From assembly GCA_963790475.1 (NCBI GenBank), contig CAWBOS010000001.1:160001-224000 (forward strand): a stretch of 64,000 bases of DNA, read 5' to 3'. The notes below the pieces were generated by a model. It did not search any database. It worked only from the letters and a program-made list of their open reading frames with translations, and was not told the origin of the DNA. The stretch comes from an uncultured delta proteobacterium (GTDB lineage: Bacteria > Desulfobacterota > RBG-13-43-22). A program made the position numbers and the translations under genes. How positions within the stretch are numbered: position 1 is the first letter of the stretch; each line of letters starts with the position of its first letter. Shown piece by piece: positions 31,148 to 41,543 of the stretch.

Positions 31148-32440
31148 TTGCCACCCGATTTAAAAAAAAGGGGAAATCAGGTTCAACCTGCGGAAGTTCA
31201 GACCCATCCCTCCTTGGCAACAGGGCCGATCCGGGGTTGGGTAGGGCCGTTTATCTCGTTGAGGAATCCAGATTTTCGATGGTTTTTGGTTGCCATATCA
31301 GGTTTTTTTAATGGGATGCAAATGGGAGTGGTCGCTCAGGGCTGGCTGGTTTACACGCTGACTGACTCCGCTCTGGCACTTGGACTCATCTCAGTCGCCT
31401 GGGGTTTTCCTTTGATACTGTTTTCCCTTTTCGGGGGGATGGTAGCGGACCGAATGCCCAAAAGAAATCTGATCATCGTTACCCAGGGGGTTGTTTGTTT
31501 TCTTTCCTTGATAATGGCTGTTCTGGTAACAACGGGATTGGTCCGATTTTGGCACCTGATACTCGGCTCTGTCTTGTCAGGGACGATAATGGCCTTTAGT
31601 CTTCCGGCTCGTCAGGCCTTTATCAGTGAGGTGGTCAGCCAGTGGGAACTGCTTAACGCCATTGCCCTCAATTCAGCGGTCATGAATGTCTGCCGGATCG
31701 TTTCTCCGGCCCTGGCCGGTATTCTGTTGAAACTGATAGGAATACCAGGCGTTTATTGGATCATTTTCACTTCGTATTCTGTTGGAGCTATTTTTCTAAC
31801 CCGGATAAGGTCAAGGGCTGTGCCTCCCGAAAGGCCGATCATATCTAAAAGGGAACAACTCCTCTCCGGTTTGCATTACGTTCGCGGTCAGGCCATTCTT
31901 CTTATCCTTATGGTTATTGCTTTTGTCGCTCTGATAGTTGGTTCGCCTTATCAGATGCTGATGCCTGTTTTCGCCCGGGACGTATTCAAAGCTGGTGGAA
32001 CCGGGCTTGGTCTGCTTTTTTCCGCCGATGGCAGCGGGGCGTTGATAGGTTCGAGCTTTGTCAGCGCCCTGGGAAACTTCAAACACAAGGGGAAGCTGAT
32101 GCTGACAGGCGGCATGGTCTTCAGCGTATTTTTAATTTGTTTTTCTCAGTCAGGCTCTTTAAAAGCAGCCTGCTTATTCCTGCTTTTTGCCTCTGTGGGG
32201 GGATCTATTCTTTCCATGCTGACCATTACCCTGGTCATGAGCAACACCCCGAAAGACCTGGTAGGCCGGGTTATGAGCCTTTATATGATTACCTGGGGAC
32301 TTATGCCCCTTGGAATGTTGCCCGCTGGGGCCTTGGCTGAAGTTTTTGGTGCTCCGATCGTTGTATCAACAGGAGGAGCAATCCTCCTGATATTTTTGGT
32401 GATCGTGGGTATCAGCCAGCCGAGGTTGAGGAAATTGTGA
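31148..32440 (+). CDS. MFS transporter (MFS_3/EntS-like)
   Basis: GGMVADRMPKR, PARQA, NAIALNS, GRVMS. Confidence 0.9.
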   Translation: MPPDLKKRGNQVQPAEVQTHPSLATGPIRGWVGPFISLRNPDFRWFLVAISGFFNGMQMGVVAQGWLVYTLTDSALALGLISVAWGFPLILFSLFGGMVADRMPKRNLIIVTQGVVCFLSLIMAVLVTTGLVRFWHLILGSVLSGTIMAFSLPARQAFISEVVSQWELLNAIALNSAVMNVCRIVSPALAGILLKLIGIPGVYWIIFTSYSVGAIFLTRIRSRAVPPERPIISKREQLLSGLHYVRGQAILLILMVIAFVALIVGSPYQMLMPVFARDVFKAGGTGLGLLFSADGSGALIGSSFVSALGNFKHKGKLMLTGGMVFSVFLICFSQSGSLKAACLFLLFASVGGSILSMLTITLVMSNTPKDLVGRVMSLYMITWGLMPLGMLPAGALAEVFGAPIVVSTGGAILLIFLVIVGISQPRLRKL

Positions 32441-32482
32441 TAGTAAAGCGCAAAAAAGTGACATCCTTAAATGGATCTGGTG

Positions 32483-33430
32483 TCAAATCTTATTCAGATT
32501 TGACAGTTTATCCAGAACCGCATCGGCTTCGGCCATCAGATCCCTGATTACCCGGTCAATACTTTTAATTTCTTTGATCAGGCCGGCCACCTGGCCGGCG
32601 CTCATTAGGCCTTTATTAACATCCGGATAGGTAAAAGGAGCTGATTGAGTTTTCATAAAGGCTTCAATTTCGGCAATGGACAAACCTTTTTTTCCCATAT
32701 CGAGAAGCTGCAGGGTAAAAGGGTTCTTTAAAACTCTTAAAAGAGCGTCGCTGTGTCCGATCAGGGTAGTATCGTTGTCCCGGGCTTCAATAATAGCTCT
32801 CTTGTAATTCTCATGGATTGTGGCTTCTGTAGTGGCCAGAAAGCGTGTCCCCATTTGTATTCCCTCCGCGCCAAGGGATAAAGCGGCCACCAATCCTCGC
32901 CCATCGGCGATACCGCCGGCGGCAATCACCGGTATTTTAACCTGTTCAACAACCTGGGGTATCAGAACCAGGGTAGTAATTTGATCAAACCCACCATGAC
33001 CTCCCGATTCAGTACCCTCGGCGATGACCGCGTCTACTCCAGCCTCTTCCGCCTTCCTGGCCAGCCTGACTGATGGAACCACATGCAATACCTTGATCCC
33101 GTTTTCTTTGAACACCCTGATGAATTTCGCCGGATCTCCGGCGGAAGTTGTGACTACAGGAATCTTCTGCTCTAAAACCAGATCAACCATTTCGGGAGCG
33201 TTTTTTCGACGTACAGAGATATTGACCGCGAAAGGTTTATGGGTGATCCGGCGGACATTCATGATTTGTTGCCTGAGCATGTCTTTGGGAGCGGAGGAGC
33301 CAGCCAGAGTTCCAAGACCGCCCGCCATTGAAACCGCGGCTACCATTTCCGACATACTAATGAACTGCATGGCCCCTTGAATAATGGGATATTCTATGCC
33401 CAACAGATCGCATATCCTGGTCTTTTTCAT
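32483..33430 (-). CDS. Nitronate monooxygenase / FabK-like flavoprotein
   Basis: YPIIQGAM, EGTESGGH, AAGGIADG, MGTRF. Confidence 0.92.
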   Translation of the reverse strand: MKKTRICDLLGIEYPIIQGAMQFISMSEMVAAVSMAGGLGTLAGSSAPKDMLRQQIMNVRRITHKPFAVNISVRRKNAPEMVDLVLEQKIPVVTTSAGDPAKFIRVFKENGIKVLHVVPSVRLARKAEEAGVDAVIAEGTESGGHGGFDQITTLVLIPQVVEQVKIPVIAAGGIADGRGLVAALSLGAEGIQMGTRFLATTEATIHENYKRAIIEARDNDTTLIGHSDALLRVLKNPFTLQLLDMGKKGLSIAEIEAFMKTQSAPFTYPDVNKGLMSAGQVAGLIKEIKSIDRVIRDLMAEADAVLDKLSNLNKI

Positions 33431-33463
33431 TTGAAATCCCTTTGTCTACCAAACTTTAAAGAA

Positions 33464-34267
33464 TTATCTTCCTTTAAATTCAGGCTGCCTTTTCTCCAGA
33501 AATGATTTTATCCCTTCCCGATAATCTTCCGACTCGATGCATATCCTTTGGGCATATAGTTCGTATTTCAGCATAGATGACAAATCCGTTCCCATGGCTT
33601 TGTAGATAGCCCTCTTGGCTAAACCCATGGGGATGGGGGCCCCATTGGCCAGCTTAAGAGCAAATTCTTTGGTCGTTTCGGTTAACTTTTCCTGAGGGAC
33701 CCGTTTATTCAGGAGGCCTATTTTTTCAGCCTCCACGGCGTCAATGACCTCCCCGGTAAAGATTAATTCACAGGCCTTAGAAGGTCCAACCAGATGGGGC
33801 AAAAAGAAGGTTCCCCCCCAATCCGGATGCAAGCCTCGCCTGACGAAAACCTGTCCAAACCTGGCTTTGTCGGACCCTATTCTGATATCACAGGCCAGAG
33901 CCAGATTGCATCCTCCTCCGGCGGCGACTCCGTTTACCGAGGCTATGACCGGTTTGGCCATTTGTCGGATGGTGATTACTATTAGATTACCCAGATCCTG
34001 AGGAGATTTCACCTTGAGGGATGGATCGGCCAAAGGGGATTGAAATTTTCTGGCGGCCATATCTTCCACATCTCCTCCCGAGCAAAAGCCTTTTCCCGCT
34101 CCGGTAAAAACAAGGACGTTTGTGTCCAGGTCTTTGGCGGCTTCCTGAGTAGCCCTTAGAATCTCCCAGCGCATGGTCATATTCAGAGCGTTCAATTTTT
34201 CCGGACGGTTCAAGGTAATGGTCGTGACCCTGTTTTCTTTCTCCACAATGATGCATTCGTAACCCAT
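33464..34267 (-). CDS. Enoyl-CoA hydratase/isomerase (PaaG-like)
   Basis: LNRPEKLNA, FCSGGD, NGVAAGGG, GLHPDWG. Confidence 0.92.
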   Translation of the reverse strand: MGYECIIVEKENRVTTITLNRPEKLNALNMTMRWEILRATQEAAKDLDTNVLVFTGAGKGFCSGGDVEDMAARKFQSPLADPSLKVKSPQDLGNLIVITIRQMAKPVIASVNGVAAGGGCNLALACDIRIGSDKARFGQVFVRRGLHPDWGGTFFLPHLVGPSKACELIFTGEVIDAVEAEKIGLLNKRVPQEKLTETTKEFALKLANGAPIPMGLAKRAIYKAMGTDLSSMLKYELYAQRICIESEDYREGIKSFLEKRQPEFKGR

Positions 34268-34410
34268 CTTTATCTCCTTAGGCTAATAGAAATTGCCTCA
34301 AGAATAGAGTTGAATATGGTAAACTTTTCATCGAAAACCATAAGCTAAGTCTGTTCTGCAGGGCCTTTACTCCACCGGTTTCCACTTCGGTCCGCCTAAC
34401 GCGCTTGGAT

Positions 34411-35409
34411 TCAGGACCTGTCCCCCGGCCCTAATGAGAACAGGATCCGTCCGGCCTCATCTCTTTTGTTGATTTTCCCTTCGGCCTCCAGATAATCAAT
34501 ATGGGCCATGGTTTCGCCAAGGGCGAACCATTTTTGAACCGGGGGAAAGTCTTCCCAGGATCGAAAATTAATATCCCAGGTGATATAGGGGGCGATCTGC
34601 CAGGCGGTTTTTTCTCCTTCTTTCAAGGCCTCCAGAACTTCATCCAATCTATCCCGATGATGTTCCTGAAGCTCATCAATCCTTTTCTGGTGATCCGTTA
34701 TGAGGTTGCGGTGCCCCGGTAAGACGAGGTCGATCTCAAGATCATAGATCTTTTTCAGATTCGTAAGATAGGATTTAAGGGAATTTTCCAGTTCAGCCCA
34801 ATTGGTGATGTTGGGGGTAATGTCAATCAGGATGTGGTCTCCTGAGATAAAAAGCTTTTTTTGGGGTTCATAAAGACACATATGGCCGGGAGAGTGTCCG
34901 GGCGTATCAATGCAGGTAAAGGCATAATCATTGATCCGTATTCCGTCCCCTTCTTTTAATTGGGTAAAATCCACCTTTCGCTGAGGGCTGTAGCGATACC
35001 CCGGATGATTTTCCATGGCCGTTTTCAACTCCTCTTCCGGAAAACCGCTGGAGATATAAAATTTCATAATATCGGCGCGTCGCTCTTCGGACGATTTTGC
35101 ATTACCGGATATAACCCTGGCCTCCGCCTGGCTGAAATAGACCGTCGAAGTATCGGTTGCCAGATGGCCGATCAGTCCGAGATGGTCGGCGTGCAGGTGG
35201 GTGATAAAAAAATCCGTTTTGTTCAGGTCCACTTCCAGCTCCTTGAGACAGGAGCGCATGGCCTTAAGACAGGTTTCACGGTTCATCCCGGTATCGATAA
35301 TCAAAAATCGATCCTCACCTCTGATCAAATAGGAATTCACGGCTTTTAGAGGGCTTCTCGGAAGGGGAATTTCAAGCTTGTACAAATCATCAAATATCTT
35401 TTCAATCAT
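34411..35409 (-). CDS. MBL-fold metallo-hydrolase with C-terminal winged helix
   Basis: THLHADH, TPGHSPGH, SGDH, LPGH, ETMAHIDYL. Confidence 0.9.
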   Translation of the reverse strand: MIEKIFDDLYKLEIPLPRSPLKAVNSYLIRGEDRFLIIDTGMNRETCLKAMRSCLKELEVDLNKTDFFITHLHADHLGLIGHLATDTSTVYFSQAEARVISGNAKSSEERRADIMKFYISSGFPEEELKTAMENHPGYRYSPQRKVDFTQLKEGDGIRINDYAFTCIDTPGHSPGHMCLYEPQKKLFISGDHILIDITPNITNWAELENSLKSYLTNLKKIYDLEIDLVLPGHRNLITDHQKRIDELQEHHRDRLDEVLEALKEGEKTAWQIAPYITWDINFRSWEDFPPVQKWFALGETMAHIDYLEAEGKINKRDEAGRILFSLGPGDRS

Positions 35410-35536
35410 GTTCTCTCCTTATAAAATTATAATTTTCAAACTGGTGTCGGTTTTCATGAACCGTTATCGAATCCATTTGTGTTTTTAATTCATTGTGATC
35501 TTACTGTCAAGCCTGCCGTCAACCCTATCTTTCTCC

Positions 35537-35590
35537 TTGACCGTGTTTCCTCTTTTCTTATACTCTTTCCATCAAAAAGGAAATTCTTGT
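35537..35590 (+). promoter_or_regulatory. Repeated sigma-70 promoter/leader module (copy, no intact gene downstream)
   Basis: TTGACC-16-TATACT-CTTTCCATCAAAAAGGAAATTCTT. Confidence 0.6.
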
Positions 35591-35668
35591 TAGACTTCCC
35601 GGCGATCTATCCTTCTCGATGCCGTTCAAGGACTGCCGGGCCACAAAGACCGTCATGGGCACAACCTC

Positions 35669-35998
35669 GGCGCTGGGCAGTGTAAGACCCGAACGGATAA
35701 TAATGCGAAAGGCATCCTTAATCGGATTAATCTGTTCAGCGGTATAACCATTTCGTTGCAAACCGATTTTGTTGACGCGCGAATCTCTGAGGGGGACCCA
35801 TCGGCAATACAATAGGCAAAATATCTTTCGCCACCCCGTTGAATCCACCAATAAAGGCGAATTTTCCGATCCGGGCAAACTGAATAATGCCGGTTTTAGC
35901 GCCCACATAAGCATAATCGTCGATCTGCAGGTGAGCAGCCATTTTGGAATCGCTACTGATAATAACATGATTGCCCACATACAATCGTGGGCATTTAA
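35669..35998 (-). pseudogene. lpxA: Frameshifted C-terminal remnant of UDP-GlcNAc acyltransferase
   Basis: AHDC, VGNHVII, QFARIG..AFIGG..GVAKDI.P, then NKIGLQRNG..IKDAFRIIIRSGL in another frame. Confidence 0.72.
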
Positions 35999-36328
35999 TT
36001 CAAAATGGAGATTTGCGGAGGAAGAGAGTTTTCAAAAAGTTTCCTATCTCCTTAAAATAAGACCTCATTCCCCCAATTATTCCCTCGAAAACCTCCAGAG
36101 TTCGAATGGTAATCAATTAGATAACCAGACTATTTCCCATAAATGATATCCATTTTGTTGGGTTTTTACAGTTGTTGGGGTTGCCTCCATTACGAAGATT
36201 TCGAATGGATATAAATCGGCACACGGATCAAAGCACAGGATCCCTTTTTGCTTCTTCCCCCTGCTCTTTGAACTTTTCAGGGGGATTCTCTCTATATATT
36301 AATAAATAGCGATGGATACCGACTGATA

Positions 36329-37171
36329 TCACTTTCCCGGTTTCCACTCCTGAACAGGTCTCCCTTCCGCTTCCAGCATTTCCTTCAGGCTCTCTCTAAA
36401 TGACGGCCAGTCGAAAGGTTCGTCCCATTCGTAGGAGAGATCGACGATTTCACCCGGACTTGTTACCGTAACGAGAAGGTTTAGCGCATCCATGAGAATA
36501 CCCTTTTGCATGACACTATCGTTAGGCCTGCCGCATTGATGGCCGAGCGGGAAATTGACAAAAGCGGTCCTGGGTGGCTTGATCTGGGCCATCATACAAA
36601 GGCAGGAGCCGAGATATATAGTGGAAATCCCCGCTTCTTCAATAGTTCGGGCGATCAGTCCGACCGACTGATGATCGAGCGGTCAGGCCGCAATGAGAAG
36701 CACCGCATCGGTATCCTGCTCCCTGAGCACCTCGACTATCCGGGGGACGGTCTCCGTCTGCAAGGCCGTCCGCTTGTACAATCTCCCCATTCCGAGGGTG
36801 ATGGCTGTAGGTGCCAGACGCCCGATAAACCCCTCCCTCTCTAATTCTCTGAGCCGCTCCAGGGGAAAGACACAATTCAGGTCCTTCAGGGCATCCCGGT
36901 GATCAAAATAATTATGATGAAGTTTGAGTCTGGTAATGGGAGTATTTTTCGGAATCTCTCGAAAGCTCAGGTCGTTCACCGCCCAGGGATCAAAGGGCTC
37001 CTGATCCTCCCTGAAAATACCTGCTGAACTGATGAGGGCCAGCGTTGCCTCTCTGAGAGGTTTCTTAAAGGAAGTCCAGGGACTGGAATCAAATACGGAC
37101 CAGCGATAGGGTGGAAATCCTTGACTCTGATACATGGCATTGAGACCGGATACGTAATCTACGGGTTTCAT
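36329..37171 (-). CDS. GrdB/PrdB-like reductase selenoprotein B family, 280 aa, Sec at codon 163
   Basis: ALISSAG, DLNCVFPL; read-through of TGA 36685-36683 gives LIAA-U-PLDHQSVGLIARTIEEAGI..PPR..FPLG; hairpin ATCAGTC-GGTCG-GACTGAT 10 nt after UGA. Confidence 0.9.
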
Positions 37172-37303
37172 CTCTTCCCTCCCTTATGAGTCTATTAATA
37201 TCTTAAAGATTATAAGCCCATTTCCCGGGCGACGGAATGGCTGAAGCCCTCCATTTCCTTGCTGGCTGCTTGTAGCTCAGCTGTTTACTCCTGGACTCGC
37301 TGA

Positions 37304-38245
37304 TCAATTTCGCCGTTCAATCGGTGTCTTAAAAAACTTCTTCAACAAGTCAGTGAATTCCGAGGCATGATTCAAGTAGGAGAAATGCCCCGCATTGTGA
37401 AAGATAAATACTCTCGCGCTCGAATAAGTTGTTTTCAACGCTTCACGCAAGGCTGGCTCCACCAAGGGGTCGTTGTCTGATTCGATGATCATCACCGGAA
37501 TACCAAGCGACTGGACATTGGGCGCGACAAAAGGCTGAACAACACAGCGATAACGTCCCACCACCTGAGCCTTGCTCATGCGGCCACTACCGATCTCATT
37601 TAAAAAAGCCAGGGTTAATTCATCGTTGCCCGAGGCGGGATAGATGCTATTTTTAAAACTTCCTCGAAAAACATTTATCACGAGCCACTCAGGAAGATAC
37701 GGAAGCAGTACACCAATGGTTTTATTCTTCTCAGCGATAATTTTATTGGGCGGAAAGGTATTGGCCAAAACGGCACGCAAAATACGACTGGGATGTTGCG
37801 CCACCAAATACTGGGCAAAATAACCGCCCAAGGATGTGCCGACAAGATCAACTTTGTCAACCTTTTCGTGGTCCAGGATCTTCAAAATTCCCTTACTCAT
37901 TTTTTCCAGCGAATTCACAGCCGGGTAAGTAACAGAGATGATGCGGCAATCTTTTTTTAACGATTCGATCTGCTGCCACCAAATATCGTAACTGCCAGTC
38001 ATCCCGTGCAGAAACAGAATAGGTTCCTGCCCGCTGCCGACGATGACATAATCCCATTCGATACCGTCAACATATACAGCCTTCATCGGATATGTTTCTC
38101 GAAACGAAACGAGGGATTGCGTGGTTTCCGGGTTGGCTTTTGCATAAAGTTGAGCAAAGGGTAGTCGTTGAACCGGGATGAAATAAATTCCCGCCAGCCC
38201 TACCACAATAATTAAGGGAATGATCCATGTCAGGTTTTTAATCAC
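37304..38245 (-). CDS. Alpha/beta hydrolase (maspardin-like) with N-terminal anchor
   Basis: FLHG, GTSLGG, ESDND, AGHF. Confidence 0.88.
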   Translation of the reverse strand: MIKNLTWIIPLIIVVGLAGIYFIPVQRLPFAQLYAKANPETTQSLVSFRETYPMKAVYVDGIEWDYVIVGSGQEPILFLHGMTGSYDIWWQQIESLKKDCRIISVTYPAVNSLEKMSKGILKILDHEKVDKVDLVGTSLGGYFAQYLVAQHPSRILRAVLANTFPPNKIIAEKNKTIGVLLPYLPEWLVINVFRGSFKNSIYPASGNDELTLAFLNEIGSGRMSKAQVVGRYRCVVQPFVAPNVQSLGIPVMIIESDNDPLVEPALREALKTTYSSARVFIFHNAGHFSYLNHASEFTDLLKKFFKTPIERRN

Positions 38246-38267
38246 ACCAGACTCCTGTTCAATTTGA

Positions 38268-38321
38268 CAAGAAATTTCTTTTTGATGGAACGAGTATAAA
38301 ACAAGGAAAAAACAGGATCAA
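38268..38321 (-). promoter_or_regulatory. Repeated sigma-70 promoter/leader module (copy)
   Basis: Minus strand TTGATC-17-TATACT-CGTTCCATCAAAAAGAAATTTCTT. Confidence 0.7.
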
Positions 38322-38884
38322 GAAAGAAAATCCGGCAATAAGTTTGATCCAAATTATAAACCAGTTTTTGTTTGACAAGAACGGTATCTACAAGTCCCCG
38401 ACTATAGCCCCAAATTTATTAATTACCATTCGAAATCCACAAAAAGAGGCTGGGCTATTTTGGTTGATCCATTCGGTTAGATTTCCCCCCGGAGAGAAGG
38501 ATGGCGGATCAGCATCGGTTCCCCAGGAGCGGGAACTGTCTACCACATACCTGTAAAAATTTTTCAGATAAAGAAATTATCCTTCAGCTATTATTTGAAC
38601 TTGAGGCTCTTGACGATTTTTCTCGCTGCATCGTAATCAAATAGACTACTCGGACTCCCAGCTTCCTTTATACGAAGAATTCTTTAATAATGATTTTGAA
38701 GTTTCTGTAGATTACCCCACCGTTTAAGGAAGATTCGGGAAGCAGAGGAGTGGTTCGCTCAAATTTGGGTAGTTCTCCTCTCTTCTTCCTCTCTCATCCT
38801 TCTTTATTTGTAAAATCCACCACGATCAGGCCCCATTTTTTTAAGAAGACTACCCCTCCCATTGCCTTTGGACCTATTTTTCCC

Positions 38885-38945
38885 TTGACCGACTTCTTTC
38901 CCTTTTTTATACTCTTACCAATAAAAAGCAATTTTTTATCATTCG
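38885..38945 (+). promoter_or_regulatory. Repeated sigma-70 promoter/leader module (copy)
   Basis: TTGACC-17-TATACT-CTTACCAATAAAAAGCAATTTTTTATCATTC. Confidence 0.7.
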
Positions 38946-38974
38946 ATGATTTTGGGGCGATGAAAGGACAGTTG

Positions 38975-39607
38975 ATGAAGAGTGTTGACGATCGTGCTGC
39001 GGATTTTCCCCGGATGACAGTGGGGGTGATGGGCTCTGCCGGAGGTACCCTGGACGAGGCGGTCCGCGGAAAAGTCTACCGGTTGGGCCAGGCCATTGCC
39101 ACGAGGGGGTGTGTGCTGATCACCGGGGCTTGCCCCGGGCTGCCCCATGAGGCTGTCAAAGGGGCCAAGCAGGCCGGGGGAATCGTGGTGGGGATTTCCC
39201 CCGCACTAAATTTGGAGGAGCACGTCCGCAAGTATAGCTCACCCAGTCGGGGGTATGATGCCATCGTATATACCGGAAGCGGCCTGATGGGACGGGAAGT
39301 GGAGAACATTCGCAGCTGCGATGTGGTCGTCTTCGCCGGAGGCCGGTCCGGAACGCTGGGTGAGTTTGCCATTGCCTACGACGAAGCCAAAGTGATTGGT
39401 GTACTGCAGACAACCGGAGGGATTACTGAACATCTGAGAGACATCATTGCCATGATGAACAAGGATACGGGTGCTCTGGTCTGCTATGATACCGACCCCG
39501 ATGGGCTCCTCGATCAGTTGGAGGAAATCTATGTCAGGGTGATCAAACCTCGGCACTTGAAGGTGACGGAGGGCGCCGATCCGGATGGGGAGCTTTCGCC
39601 TTTCTGA
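38975..39607 (+). CDS. LOG/SLOG family protein
   Basis: VGVMGSA, ITGACPG, VGISP, GREVENIRSCD, GGRSGTLGE. Confidence 0.85.
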   Translation: MKSVDDRAADFPRMTVGVMGSAGGTLDEAVRGKVYRLGQAIATRGCVLITGACPGLPHEAVKGAKQAGGIVVGISPALNLEEHVRKYSSPSRGYDAIVYTGSGLMGREVENIRSCDVVVFAGGRSGTLGEFAIAYDEAKVIGVLQTTGGITEHLRDIIAMMNKDTGALVCYDTDPDGLLDQLEEIYVRVIKPRHLKVTEGADPDGELSPF

Positions 39608-39776
39608 TCTTCGACGACTGCCGATCGACTTGCCGACTCTTTCCTTAATTGAGGACTTCAGAAAACAATTCGTCGAATAGCCCTCGATCCCCTTAAGAAA
39701 AGCCTCCGGATTGTGCTGTAAATCTGGTCAAAATCGCAAGATTTCGAATGACAATCATTCAGAAATTCACCGCGTA

Positions 39777-40481
39777 ATGGATCGATTATCCCGGTCGGGC
39801 GTGATTTACCCGGAAGGATATGAAGCAGAGTTGATTCGTAAGTATAAAAAAGAGGGCGTGCGATACCCGCGCATCCTGCAGCGAATAGGCGAGCCGAATA
39901 TCCGTAAGCATCCACAATACCGGAAAATTCTGCAAATGCGAGGAACTCTGTTGGATTATGGTTGTGGGACCGGCGATGACATTCGTGTGCTGGTAGACGA
40001 CGGATATCCAGGCAGTCAAATCGTCGGATACGACGTCAATTGGGATAGTATTAATCTGGGATTCGATTTTTACTTAGACCCCGAAAGGCTAAAGGTACAA
40101 TTCGTTGTGGACCGCCAGTTTCCCTTTCCCCCTCCTAATTTTGATCTCATCTATTCTGGGTCGGTATTGCATGTGTTAGTGACCAAACGCGCCATCCGGA
40201 AGTACTTGACCAATGTATTTGCGACCCTAACCGACTGCGGCACCTTTTTCGGGTCAACGCTTAATTTTGGGCAAGGTATACCGAAAAATATTTCGAAAAA
40301 ACCAATACCAATAGAGTGGCGCCGACGGAGATGGCACTGGCTCCGCTGGTTAGCACGATGGATCACATTCCTCTCAAAAGAAGGATTGCAAAAAGCATTC
40401 GAAGAAACGGGGTTTGTAGAAATCGAGATTACCCTTGACGCCTCTTATCGTCGGCTTTGGTTTTACGCAAAAAAACCATAA
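39777..40481 (+). CDS. Class I SAM-dependent methyltransferase
   Basis: LLDYGCGTG, FDLIYSGSVLH; start uncertain. Confidence 0.8.
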   Translation: MDRLSRSGVIYPEGYEAELIRKYKKEGVRYPRILQRIGEPNIRKHPQYRKILQMRGTLLDYGCGTGDDIRVLVDDGYPGSQIVGYDVNWDSINLGFDFYLDPERLKVQFVVDRQFPFPPPNFDLIYSGSVLHVLVTKRAIRKYLTNVFATLTDCGTFFGSTLNFGQGIPKNISKKPIPIEWRRRRWHWLRWLARWITFLSKEGLQKAFEETGFVEIEITLDASYRRLWFYAKKP

Positions 40482-40509
40482 TTCGCCTATGCACCGCTGA
40501 GGATTATTT

Positions 40510-40647
40510 TTAGTGAAAGGAGCCGCAGGTCCTTTCAAAATGATCTTCATAGACTTGCTCCATGGTTTCAAGGTTCTCTTCGAAGCAATGGTAGCCAGAT
40601 GATTGTTGAGGGCGTCGAGAGCAATATACGGGTGCGGGCACAGGCAT
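40510..40647 (-). mobile_element. N-terminal remnant of an IS91-like transposase (zinc-binding domain start)
   Basis: MPVPAPVYCSRRPQQSSGYHCFEENLETMEQVYEDHFERTCG resembles the VYRPRxP..Y...EDH.E.F..VY...FE..YG start of such transposases. Confidence 0.55.
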
Positions 40648-40694
40648 GTGCCAAAGATTAAAGATTGCCCGGAGAAGGTATCCGTTAGGAGAAT

Positions 40695-41474
40695 GCCCAA
40701 CTGGCTGTCTGATCAAGGCTCGTAATAAATCGGCTTCAGATCCGAAGTGACTAATGGCCAGAAGGGCGTCCTGTTTATATCGGTCGGCCTTTTCTTTTAC
40801 CTCCTCCAAACCAATGAGTTTTAATGCCGTTTTTTTATTCATATCCATTTTAACGTTTTTCCCCACCTCCTGGACCTCAGCCATTGCATCGGCCACATCA
40901 TCCAGCAGTTGGTAAGAAAGTTCCAATTTAAGACCGCATTCATATAATGAATCCGCCTGGCCAGGACCGGCCCCGCAGATGACAGCTCCGGCCTTGGCGG
41001 CCATAGCATATAAGGTCCCGCTTTTCAAGTGATAACACATCAGCGTTCCTTGGATAGGGTCGATATCATCTAACGGAAGGATATCCAGTGATTGTCCCTG
41101 GACCATGGCTAAGCCGGCTTCGGAAAGGGCCAAGGCGGCCTTAAGTCGCTGCCCATTCGTACTCCCGAGGTCTGAAAGGCTGATTTTATAGGCCAGGGAG
41201 ACTAAATATACCGGGGTCAAATCAAGACCCGGTGAGGACAGGGTTTCCCTCGGCGAATTCTGGCATTGTCCATGAAGGGAAGATCATCCAAGATGAGTGA
41301 AGCGCCATGGGCCAGTTCAACTCCGCAGGCACCGGGAAGAACCTTCTCGTGGACCTGTGGGTCGAAGATCAGTCCGGAGGCTATAGCCACCATAGCCCTC
41401 CATCGATGCCCGCCGTCTAAGATTGTATATCTGGCCACTTGATTCACTTCCGAATCCGGCTGGGAATCAAACAA
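40695..41474 (-). pseudogene. Polyprenyl diphosphate synthase, split and degraded
   Basis: GGHRWR, LILDDLPFMDNARIRRGKP (FARM), GQSLD, YQLLDDVAD (SARM) in two frames. Confidence 0.78.
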
Positions 41475-41543
41475 CCGTCCTCTTTATTCATGGGATGTCT
41501 CTTTAACGACGAATCATCTATCGGCAACTTATAAATTGCTCTG

